Assembly (NCBI RefSeq): GCF_006345805.1
Contig: NC_043002.1
Span: 115,506,001-115,570,000 of the forward strand
DNA from: Octopus sinensis
Lineage: Eukaryota
DNA length: 64,000 bases
Reading direction: 5' to 3'
Of the stretch, positions 52,842-63,670 are shown one piece after another; the first letter of the stretch is position 1, and every line of letters starts with the position of its first letter. Under the pieces are notes generated by a model. That model ran no database searches. It was not told the origin of the DNA and worked only from the letters and a program-made list of their open reading frames with translations. Position numbers and translations under genes: made by a program.

Positions 52842-53003
52842 CGACAGGCTTCTTTCAGTTTCCGTCTACCAAATCCACTCACAAGGCATTGGTCGGCCCA
52901 GGGCTAAAGCAGAAGACACTTGCCCAAGATGCCATGCAGTGGGACTGAACCCGGAACCGTGTGGTTGGTTAGCAAGCTACTTACCACACATCCACTCCTG
53001 CAC
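52556..53003 (-). mobile_element. Young tRNA-derived SINE, inverted relative to 50854-51275
   Basis: Reverse complement of the same family. Confidence 0.9.
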
Positions 53004-53096
53004 ATGTATAACTTTTCACAAGGAATTATGTACATGTAAGGTGTGGTACATAAACTATCGTAACAAATAAATAAGCTGTACTATATTCATTACTCA

Positions 53097-53139
<43 letters not shown>

Positions 53140-53358
53140 GAAAGAATGGAGTCGAACAACGATTTAACAAAATTCCTTTATTCTCAACTCCATTCTTTCA
53201 TTTATCTATAGTAAAAGAACACACAAATTTCCACACGAAAGCACGTGATTTCTGCCCTTGGCATGTAGCTTCAACCGGGCTTTCTGACGTAAATTTGCTA
53301 CCCGGGTATCGGTTAACCAAATTATCCATACTAGGATAATTCATTCAACTACTTAAAC

Positions 53359-53389
<31 letters not shown>

Positions 53390-53394
53390 TACAT

Positions 53395-53685
53395 ATCATC
53401 ATCATCATCGTTTAATGTCCGCTTTCCATGCTAGCATGGGTTGGACGATTTTGACTGAGGGATGGCGAACCTGATGGCTGCACCAGACTCCAATCTTGAT
53501 CTGGCAGAGTTTCTACAGCTGGATGCCCTTCCTAACGCCAACCACTCCGAGAGTGTAGTGGGTGCTTTTTACGTGCCACCAGCATGGGGGCCAGTCAGGC
53601 GATACTGGTAATGACCTCACTCAATCTTTTTACACATGCCACCGGCACTGGTGCCAGTAAGGCAACGTTGGTAACAATCAAATAT
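53395..53685 (-). mobile_element. RTE 3' tail fragment
   Basis: (CAT)n followed by CGTTTAATGTCCGCTTTCCATGCTAGCATGG... Confidence 0.82.
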
Positions 53686-54319
53686 TTACCTTTATATCAA
53701 AACTTTGCTTACAAATATTAAAACATTTTTGCGGAAGTGGCTTTATGGAAGTAGTCTAATTGATAAATCAACCCGACTACTAATACGCCACCATCTGCAT
53801 CAGATCCCTGTGATGTCGAGTGGATAGGTTGCACCCCTGATTTTTATAAAAATTTTTGGTAAAAAAAGTGCAACTTATTCATGAGTATATACAGAAAGCA
53901 TTTGCTTCTTAAAATCTCCTGAGGATTAAAAGACATTTGCCTTTTGTTTACCTGATCATGGCACAGTGTTAGAAACAAAATGCAAAAGGTCAATTCTTTG
54001 ATTAGCAAGTTAAAAATTCAGGAGTTGAATACATAAGTTATATTTATTCATCAATTTCAAGAGAATATTTGAAACTTTATAAATATCATGGTCATAAATA
54101 GGTTCCCAAAATAAATATAATTTCTGAGGAGACTTTGTTTATTCTATGTGGGTGTTTGTATATACACATATACACAAACCTTCATACATATTAAACATAC
54201 ACACACACACATATATAATAGAAATATGTTATAAAAAGAAAATAGAAACTACACATGAAAATGTAAGAGGAAAGTAAGAAGAAAAATAAGCAAAAATGCA
54301 CACTGGAAATAAAAAAAAA

Positions 54320-54512
54320 GCAGTGTGCTTTTATGTACCTGCAGAAAAATGGTTCGGCCCCCCCCCCCATGTCATGCTGACCTGGTTGCTACATTAAAGG
54401 ATGACACTCCTGCTTTATCAGCAATGCAAAAGTGGGCAGTTGAATTTAGGAGGGAAAGGGGGAGTTTTGAAGATGATCCAAGGTCTGGATGCCCTGATCA
54501 CATCGCAGGAAA
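54320..54512 (+). mobile_element. mariner transposase N-terminal HTH fragment
   Basis: HADLVATLKDDTPALSAMQKWAVEFRRERGSFEDDPRSGCP. Confidence 0.8.
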
Positions 54513-54569
54513 ATCTGACATTGTAGGAAGCAGATCCAGCATATATATACACATGCACACATACATATA

Positions 54570-54789
54570 AGTGGCTGTGTGGTAAGAAGCTTTCTCCCAA
54601 TGACATAGTTCCTGGTTCAATCCCACTGCATGGCACCTTGGGCAAATGTCTTCTACTATAGTCTCGGGCCAACCAAAGCCTTGTGAGTGGATTTGGTAGA
54701 CAGAAACTGAAAGAGCTAAAAGAATCCCTTCATATATATATATGTGTGTGTGTATGTGTGTGTATATATATATATATATGTGTGTGTGT

Positions 54790-54828
<39 letters not shown>

Positions 54829-54907
54829 GTGTGTATATATATATATATGTGTGTGTATATATATATGTGTGTGTGTGTGTATATATATGTGTGTGTGTGT
54901 ATATATA

Positions 54908-54938
<31 letters not shown>

Positions 54939-55170
54939 GTATGTGTATATATATGTGTGTGTGTATATATGTGTGTGTATGTGTGTGTGTGTATATATAT
55001 GTGTGTGTGTGTGTGTGTATATATGTGTGTGTATATATATATGTGTGTGTGTATATATATGTGTGTGTGTGTGTATATATATGTGTATATATATATATGT
55101 GTGTGTGTGGTGTGTATATATATGTGTATATATATATATGTGTGTGTGTATATGTATGTGTGTGTGTATA

Positions 55171-55201
<31 letters not shown>

Positions 55202-55480
55202 ATATGTATGTGTGTGTGTGTGTGTGTATGTATTTGTGTGTTGGAAACGTGACATGTAACACTGTATCCTTTGCTGTAAGTTAGATAAAAGGGCACGTAG
55301 TCATTCGACCTTTCTTATTGGAAAGCCGGATTACAGGTAGATGAAACTTGGTGTACATAACCCCTGAATACTATTGGGTACACAAATAAAGCACTAGGGT
55401 TGATTCATTCACCTAAACACTCAAGATGTTACCCCAGCATCTCCACAGTCTAATGACTGAAACAAAGGTAAAAGATAATG
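54570..55480 (+). repeat. SINE whose internal microsatellite has expanded to about 520 bp of compound (TG)n/(TA)n (54730-55250)
   Basis: SINE head at 54570-54720, long dinucleotide tract and a SINE-type tail near 55400-55478. Confidence 0.8.
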
Positions 55481-55542
55481 TTCACCTAATGACCTACATT
55501 CACTAAATATCCTCAGAATTTAACTTTATTTCTATATTTCAG

Positions 55543-55743
55543 GAACTCACCAACTCAATATCATTTATCCAAAATAAAATAAAGAAAGAACAACAGGAGG
55601 TTCAGAAGCTGAAAACTCTTTTAGAATCAGATGCTGAGAATAAAGATGGTTCAGATACAAATGCTACCTTAAAAACTCAGTTGAACAATCGAAATTCTTC
55701 GATCGCTGCTCTTATTAATCGGTCAATGAAATGCTTCAACAAG
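55543..55743 (+). CDS. Unidentified gene, coding exon of 201 nt, phase 0-0 (ELTNSISFIQNKIKKEQQEVQKLKTLLE...AALINRSMKCFNK), predicted coiled coil
   Basis: Acceptor ttctatatttcag and donor AAG|GTAAGC. The frame is open for 67 codons with a helical heptad-like pattern. Confidence 0.82.
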
Positions 55744-55830
55744 GTAAGCTAAAAGAGAATTTACTTAAAACTTTTCTTCTTTAAAGAATATAGGCATCTA
55801 TATATATGTACATGTGTGAGTCTAACATTT

Positions 55831-55884
<54 letters not shown>

Positions 55885-55886
<2 letters not shown>

Positions 55887-56168
55887 TGAAGCCAGTGCCC
55901 CCTCGACTGGCTTCTGTGCCGGTGGCATGTAAAATGCACCAATCCGACCGTGGCTGTTGCCAGCCTCGCCTGGCACCTGTGCGGGTGGCACATAAAAAGC
56001 ACCCACTACACTCATGGAGTGGTTGGCATTAGGAAGGGCATCCAGCTGTAGAAACATTGCCAGATAAGACTGGAGCCTGGTGCAGCCTTCTGGCTTCCCA
56101 GATCCCCGGTCGAACCGTCCAACTCATGCTAGCATGGAGAACGGACGTTAAACGATGATGATGATGAT
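55885..56168 (+). mobile_element. RTE 3' tail fragment
   Basis: Same tail motif with a (GAT)n end. Confidence 0.82.
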
Positions 56169-56234
56169 ATATATATATATATAAATGTATTACTTTCCAG
56201 TAAAGGATAGCCCCATAAGGGTAAAATTATACAT

Positions 56235-56453
56235 ATAAAGTAGATAAATGGTACAACAAGGCACCAATATTTACTGGAAAACAGCAATCGATATAAATAC
56301 GACGCTATTGTATAGCTTCACTGCGTATACACAAGCAAAGACGTGTGTTTGCAACAAACATGAAAAAAATTTGTCTTATATAGCATCGTATTTATATTGA
56401 TTTCTATTTTCCAGTAAATATTGGTGCCTTGTTGTACCATTTATCTACTTTAT
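56235..56453. repeat. 219-bp foldback with a perfect 47-bp inverted repeat extending to about 74 bp imperfectly
   Basis: ATAAAGTAGATAAATGGTACAACAAGGCACCAATATTTACTGGAAAA and its exact reverse complement. Confidence 0.88.
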
Positions 56454-56489
56454 ATATATATATATAAATTCTTTTGTTCATAATGAGAT

Positions 56490-57920
56490 AAAAAAAACCC
56501 AAGGCTGTGAAGATTTTAGAACATTTATAAATAGGTCTTACAGCTGTTTCTAGGATATTTATTATATCCCTTCATTGGAGACGTTGTGAGAAGATGGTCA
56601 AGTAATCGTTAATTTAGATAAGATACGAAATAGAGAGTGAGATGGAGGAATGAAAATAGATGTGAGATATGCAAGGATATTGTATTTGTAGATTCATTAT
56701 TTAGGCAGAATGGTATACATATAAGATTCCATACCTTATGAGTAAAATCCATTAGTACTTAAAATTGGTCATTCCAAGTATAGAGTTTATACACAGTGTT
56801 ATTGAACCAAGGGTTTTATTTAAAGTGACCTAAAAGTAGGGAATTTATTAGTAAGGTCAAATCAAAAACAGGAATAGAGAGAATAAAGAAAGAGAAAGAA
56901 AAGGGAAAAGAAAGAGAAGAAAAGAAGAAAAATGATAAAATAATAAAAATAAAAAAAGAGGGAAAAACAGGAAGGGAGGAATAAAGAAAAGAAAGAAAAA
57001 GGAAAAACCAATGAAGAGATAGTAAGGGAAAGTGTACTAGTTACTGGTCAGTGGAGATAGTTTGAAAGTAGGAATGGGGAGATAAGGGTGATAGAGAGAG
57101 AGTGTAAAAAGATAGAAGGAATGGGGGGGGGGTGATAGAGAGAGAGGGGTATAAAAAGTAAAGGAGTGTCAGTTATGTAGTGATAGAGTCTAAGTGATGG
57201 GGCAGAGAAAGGGGTAGTAGTATGGAATGAAGAATTTAGGAATTTGGGTGGTTGGACAGGTCAGAGCTTAGTTGTAGAAGAAAATATAGATGCATATGTA
57301 TATATTAGACATTTATATATATATATATATATATATATTTATACAGATATTTATACATATAAATATCTACATATACAACTCGTACTCGTATGCATATGCA
57401 CACCCATATATACATGTATCTCCATGTATTACTGCTCCTGTACACACAGGTATATATACCTTGCATGCATACGTACATACACACATACTTACACACACAT
57501 ATGCATGGATGCACATACACATGAATATGATTAAATGATTGTGATATTCAAGTAAAAGTGAGGAATTAGATAGGGATTACGAGTTAAAATGTAGATTTAT
57601 AAGGTTATTGGGATTACCTAAGGGGTATTGTGGAAATGTACTGTATGGTCTTTTAGGCATTTGGATTTGTGGTAGAAGTTGAATGTGTGAAAAAAGCGGT
57701 GGTTGCATTATGTTTATTTAGCAGTGCTGGAGAGTTGTGCTTTAATATGTGAAGTGCTTCCTTCAGACAAAATTTGCAGGTTGAGTGTTGACCTCGGTAG
57801 GGAAGCCCAGAGTCCAGTATGGACCATGACAAAGTATAGTGTATATTTGTATTTTTGAGATGTATGTGGTTGGCGAGTGTTGTAGATTTACTATGTTTAT
57901 CTCATCTAAAAGAATGGAGC
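56490..57920 (-). mobile_element. Penelope-like element 3' part (GIY-YIG C-terminal half plus pseudo-LTR with a hammerhead remnant)
   Basis: 57656-57901 reads KSTTLANHIHLKNTNIHYTLSWSILDSGLPYRGQHSTCKFCLKEALHILKHNSPALLNKHN. A hammerhead-like motif lies downstream in the same orientation. Confidence 0.75.
56535..56582 (-). ncRNA. Minimal hammerhead motif with a mutated core (CCAAUGA instead of CUGAUGA), probably inactive
   Basis: GUCU-CCAAUGA-A-GGGAUAU-AAUAA-AUAUCCU-A-GAAA-CAGCUG-UA-AGAC. Stem I is GUCU/AGAC and stem III is the palindrome ACAGCUGU. Confidence 0.6.
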
Positions 57921-58560
57921 GATCCCAAGACAGTGCCCTGTGGAACACTGCTCACTATTTGTGTGTTCATAGAGGTGGCTCCATTAGCCACTACTGCCTG
58001 ACTCCTATCTTTCAGAAAGTCATGTAACCACTCTCCAAGTTTTCCAGCTATGCCAAGGTCACGCAGTTTGTGGCATATCATACCATGATCCACCTTGTCA
58101 GAAGCTTTTGCAAAATCAAGGTATATTAATTTCACATTTGATTTGTTGAGTAACTGCCTCAACACCCAGTGATAATGTTGTAAGAGCTGGGTCAGGCAGC
58201 TCCTACCTGGTCGAAAACCATGCTGGATATCACTCAGAAAGTTATTTTCTTCAAGGAATGCGATTAATTTCCCTTTGACTATCCGTTCCATGACTTTGCT
58301 GATGTGTGATGTCAGAGAGATAGGCCTATAGTTTTTGGCATCTGCTCTACTTCCCCCTTTATGTATTGGGCATATTACTCCCTCCTTCAGCTTGCTTGGC
58401 AGTTTGCCATTTTTTAAGAAAGCTCTGGAAGAGAATCTTGAGGCGTTTTGCCAGGGCTTGCATACACGATTTGAGGAGGATTGCTGGGAAACCATCAGGA
58501 CCAGCAGTTAAGTTTGTGTCCACTTCATCTATGGCTATTAGTATATCTTCTTCGCTTAGA
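57921..58560 (-). mobile_element. CR1-group LINE RT fragment, second copy
   Basis: ORF-track 57902-58495 and 58359-58583, with one frameshift. It is roughly 90% identical by eye to 35697-36330. Confidence 0.9.
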
Positions 58561-58757
58561 AATGTGTATAGCCATGTTTGCATGAGACATTTCTCATCTT
58601 GTTACAGCTTATATTTTCATATAAAAGAAAAAAAATTTTTTTATTCTTTAATTCTTATGAAAGTATTCAGATTATATTTCTATATATTTGCTATTTTTTC
58701 TATTTATCTATTTCTATTTATTTGTTCTTTCTTTTGTTCTCACTTTTTTTTTTCTAG

Positions 58758-59964
58758 TACAAGCAAAAGACTGAAGAGGCTACATCTCGTGCAGAAAATA
58801 ATAAAGATAGATCTACAAGTTTATTTGAAGACACTAGTAAAGAACCTGGAAAAATTTCAGTTATGGATAAAACATCTGAACATTATATGCAGTTACAAAA
58901 TGGTTATGAAGACACTAAGAAAATAGAACAGAAAGGTGCTAAGATTAAAAGTGGATCATTAGATGTCAAAGAATTGCCAGGAAAAACAAAACGTCACTCA
59001 CTCATCCAAGAATTTTCAAGTAGATCTGCTGTTGATGATATTAGAACAGAAATTGCAAAAACTGTTGATAGATCTGCTAAAGAAAATGTCAGTAAATTTC
59101 TTCTGAAAACAACTGGGCAAAATAATTCCATTAATAAAACAGTAGAAAATAAAAAAAACACCTTTGAAAATCCAGATGCAAAAAGCATGAGTGGTAAGAG
59201 TGAAGTTAAGAAAACTGTTGATAAACCTCCAGATATTGGCCAAATACATGAACGTGAAAAACTTAGTAAAAGTGAGATTGGAAACAATAACCAGCAAAAT
59301 AACTTATCAACTTTGGGCACAGGCATAGCTGAATCTCTTGTGAATTGTGACAATAAGCAATCAAGTTCATTTGCAAATACAAAATCTGAAAATTTTGAAG
59401 AAACGACTCTGAAAGGCACAGCTCCCAAAATGATTGCTGAAACCAGCTATTCAACAAGTAACACAGAAACTAGAATTGGAACAGAAAACAGAATGAGTAA
59501 ATCAGACATGGTGTCTCGAGCTAAAATGCTGGAAAATTTTTTACAAAGTAAAAACACTGGATCAGTTTTCAATAATATTCCACATAAGAAACCTGAGCAG
59601 TTAAATGAAATAAAATTAAAAAATGTTAGTGAAACTTCAAAAGAAAATGTCAAAACAGATTTTAAAACTGCTGCAGCAGCCAATCATAACACCAATTCAA
59701 GTAGGGATAGTGAAAAAGTTAATCAATACTCAGTTCCAGAAGCTGTCCATGAATCAAGGGATTTAAGCTCTGTGCAAGAAACTATTGAAATAAAGAATAA
59801 TGCCAATACATTTCAAGAAGTTAAATTGAATGAAGTAAATATTTCACAAGAAAATGTTGAACAAACAGATTTTGTTGAACCAAATCATGACATAACTGAT
59901 GAAGATAACAAAAAGACAGAAAGTATCGAAGGTGCTGGCAGTTCCATGACAAATGAAAATTCAG
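58758..59964 (+). CDS. Unidentified gene, large 1207-nt exon (phase 0 to phase 1) encoding a K/E/S/N/T-rich, probably disordered region
   Basis: Acceptor ttttttttttctag at 58757 is in frame with the ORF-track ORF 58863-59972. The frame is open for 402 codons and ends at donor CAG|GTAAGT at 59965. Confidence 0.87.
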
Positions 59965-60438
59965 GTAAGTAGAGTATTTCAATGAAGTTTTTTTTTTTAA
60001 TGTAACAACAATATATATAAAATAGTGTCACAAAGGATTTTATCAAAGTAAAAATATCTTTAGACATGTCTTTTTGTGTGAATATTTTTAATAAGACAGA
60101 GAGCACTTTCAATGACAATCTTTTGATGATATTCAAAACTCTTTGTGCAGTACAAGTCTCCCACTTCTACCATTTTATAATCCTTCACAAGAATTACGTT
60201 ATGTTACCAAACAACTCCTTTTTTTTTGATACCTAATTTTTACTATGAATGTTCTGCCTTGTTCTAAGAAGCAGTAATAACATGTAAGCAAAAATGGATA
60301 ATTTATCAGAATTTAACACCTTGTTTGCTTGATAATTATAATTCTTTTGGCCACCAAGATAATATATACATAAGGTTTCTTCATAGTACTTTTGTGTACA
60401 TACAGCACAAAATTTATATGTGCATAAAGTTGTTTCAG

Positions 60439-60565
60439 GACTACTGCCACATGTGAGACTAAGACTACTGCCACATGTGAGACTAAGACTACTGCCACAT
60501 GTGAGACTAAGACTACTGCCACATGTGAGACTAAGACTACTGCCACATGTGAGACTAAGACTACT
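60439..60565. repeat. Perfect 24-bp minisatellite GACTACTGCCACATGTGAGACTAA, five copies plus 7 nt
   Basis: Five identical units with no spacers. Confidence 0.95.
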
Positions 60566-62589
60566 AGCCAGATAGTTACTGCATAACAGCTGTTTGATAT
60601 TTCTAATCAATAAGGTGACAAACTGGCAGAATCATTCCTGCACCAGACAAAATGCTTTGTGTCTTTACATTCTCAGTTCAGATTCTGTCAGGGTCACCTT
60701 TATCTTTCATCCTTTCAAGATCAATAAAATAAGTACCAGTTGAGCACTGGGAGTCAATGTAATTGATTTACTCCCTCCTCCAAATTTGCTGGCCCTGTAC
60801 CAAAATTTGAAACCAATATTTCTATTCAGTAATACAAAATAAGGAAGTTGTTGCTTAGTTCTTTAATATCATGCAACAAATCTGTCATTGCCATTTAAAC
60901 TCTCTAGTCATCTATCACACTATTCATTTGTGAAAGGTTTTTCAAATCAAGTAATCATTCATCCTAAAATAGTACCTGAAGATGTGACTGGCAAAATCAA
61001 AGCTGGTGATAAACTTCAATGTCCAGGCTAAGTTTGAATGGATTTAATAACTTTCCTGGATAAAACAAGTCACTCTTGACATATGATATTTCCTCATGAC
61101 CAAATGATAAATCAGAAATGTTGCTTGTGTAATGAAAGTCTATAAAGATAGTGTAATTGATCAGATAGTGGAAGTAGTGAAAAGACTTATATATATATAA
61201 AAGAAAGACTAGAAAGATTAGTTTTCTTGTTGAATGGGACAAATTCTTAGTCAAATGAAACTACTGGGAAAATGTCTGGGTGAAACAATATGTACCTTTT
61301 CTTTGTCGACACATGAATCTTTTTGTGATTTCCCAAATACTATACAAATTAGAATTCAGTTACAGTTTTCCAGTGAAAGGAAATACTAAATATAGAATAT
61401 CATGCATACTTTCTGGTATCAATACAATAAGTACCAGAAAGAAGTAAACCTCATCTTTAAAGATATGTTAGATTAAATACTTCAAAGAGATGTATTTTTA
61501 CTTGGCATAGTAGGTACACCTCTAAATTTTCTTCTTTCCTCTGTGATTTTTGCTCTTAACTTGTTTTAATTGAATAATACTTATAATATTCTAGATTAAG
61601 TTGTCGAATTTGTACTGATACCATTAATTTCTTTCCTTTTGAATAAGTTTGAGAAATGAGTACTTCCAATATGTTAGCAATTTAATTTATAATCAAATTA
61701 ACAATGTTTGATCTTCAGGTATGATTTTACTTTTTAATCATTTCATTTCCAGCCTTAGTGTATATTTCTACCTGTCATTAATTAGAAATGTTCAAATTCT
61801 TTGCTTTATTTCTAATGTTTCTTTTTATTGTGTTTTTGTTTCAAGTTTACTTATTCCTCTTAAATGTAGCAGCTAGCAGGAAAATAATTCTTTTCCATTG
61901 AATCTTGCCAACGTGAGGTTCCATTATTTTCATTCTGCATTATATGTTGTATTTCAATTGTTATATGAGTATTTCACTGCCATTTGATATTATTGTTTAT
62001 TTAAATAGTCATTTGAATAATAAGAATTGTCTGAAAGCAGACGATTACTAGTTAGGTGACTTCTTTTTGATATTGATGTAAGTTTGCTATTGTTATTTTC
62101 AACAGATAATATAAATAGAAACATGCACAATAACCTTACATTCAGAAGCCGTTTCTTTGATCTGCATGCAACCACTGAATAGTTTTAGAAGATAAATAAA
62201 AAAAAGTTTTAAGTAGCAAAAGTATAACTTACGTAAATTGAAATAACAAAGAATCATCTTTATAAAGACTTTCTATCATTAAAACGCTTACTTTAAGCCA
62301 CTTACATGTTTTTGTATACCATTTTGTATTGTCCGTGACAAGACCTAAAAGTTAAACAAGTTTCTAAAGTATGAAAATGGAGAAGTTGCAGTTTATGTTC
62401 TGTGAAGGCAAAGAAATTCTAAAATGTAAATCTAATCTCATGAACAAACATAATGAAGTGTTCACCTGGTATCCCTACCAATTCATTAAAACATTTAAAA
62501 AAGTTCCAGTTAACTTTTTTTGAATTAAGTAATGTCGTGGCTAGCATCCTTATTCTTCTTGTTACCTTTAGTTTCATCATTGATGACGA

Positions 62590-63670
62590 AGCATTTTGTC
62601 TGTCCTTACATTCTGAGGTCAACTTTGCCTTTCATCCTTTCGGGGTCAATAAATTAAGTACCAGTGAGATACTGGGGGTGACTAGCCCCTCCCACTAGAT
62701 TTAAGGTATTTTGCATTTAGTAGAAAGAATTATCATTATTATTATTAAGGCAGTGAGCTGGCAGAATCATTAGGACGCCAGGCAAAATGCTGACCAGCAT
62801 TTTATCTGTCTTTGTTCTAAATTCAAATCCCGCCAAGGTCAACTTTGCCTTTTATTTTTTTGGGGGTCAATCATTTAAGTACCAGTGAAATACTGGTGTC
62901 GATATAATCAACTAGCCCCCACCCCAAAAATTTCAGGCCTTGTGCCATTAGTAAAAAGGATTATTATTATTATTGTGGTGGATTAGCAGAATTGGTAGAG
63001 CATCAGAAAAATTACACTATGACATTTGTCCTGACACTTTACTTTCTGAGTTCAAAGAATGTGCCAAAATTTGAAAAAATTATTAGCGAAGGCGGAAGTA
63101 CCGTTTTCAGTCGTGTTTGTTTGTCAGGAACCACTGGATGGATTTGGATGAAAATTTCAGGGATGTTTGGCCCTGCGACTGGCACAAACTGAACTGCTTA
63201 GATTTTGGGATTGATATGGTACTGGACAAGGATTCTAGATTATTTTTCCGTTTTTTTTACTTAATTTTTGAGAGCAGTCAGGTTCATATTTAGTATTCTC
63301 ATTTGTGAGAGCTGTCGAATTTATTTAAGATATTCTCATTTTAAAAATCATTTCCAGCTAATCATTGAGAGGACATTGGTGTTACCTTGCCAGAGGTTTG
63401 CACTCTCTGAGTACTCTTATTATTATCATCATCATCATCATTATTATTAAGGTAGTAAGCTGGCAGAATCATTAACATGCCAGACAAAATGCTTACTGGC
63501 ATTTTGTCTGTGTTTACATTCTGAGTTCAAATTCCTCTGAGGTCGACTTCGTCTATCATGCCTTCAGGATCAATAAAATAAGTACCAGTTGAATGTTGGG
63601 GTCAATGTAATTGACTTATCTCCTCCCCCAAAATTACTGGCCTTGTGCCAAACTTTGAAACCATTATTAT
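62590..63670 (+). mobile_element. Head-to-tail cluster of about four (ATT)n-tailed SINE copies with an embedded element
   Basis: Repeated GAGCTGGCAGAATCATT...TTCTGAGTTCAAAT...GGGGTC bodies separated by (ATT)n or (CAT)n. Confidence 0.72.
63085..63418. mobile_element. Crypton-like non-autonomous element (tentative)
   Basis: GCGAAGGCGGAAGTACCGTTTTC...GTTTGTTTGTC...GGATTTGGATGAAAATTTCAGG...CCTTGCCAGAGGTTTGCACTCTCTGAGT resembles the recurrent CCTCCGCCAAGG/CTTGGCGGAGG-type elements. Confidence 0.4.

Noticed and set aside
54498-55296. Several 170-254 aa ORFs rich in H/T/Y/I/C/V
   Set aside because: They are translations of a (TG)n/(TA)n microsatellite with no stops by composition. The same applies at 13300-13640, 17234-19700 and 57244-57538.
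58994-59683. Minus-strand ORFs of 64-144 aa
   Set aside because: They are antisense shadows of the large plus-strand exon.
60439-60565. CRISPR-like direct repeats
   Set aside because: The units are contiguous with no unique spacers, the context is eukaryotic, and there are no cas genes.
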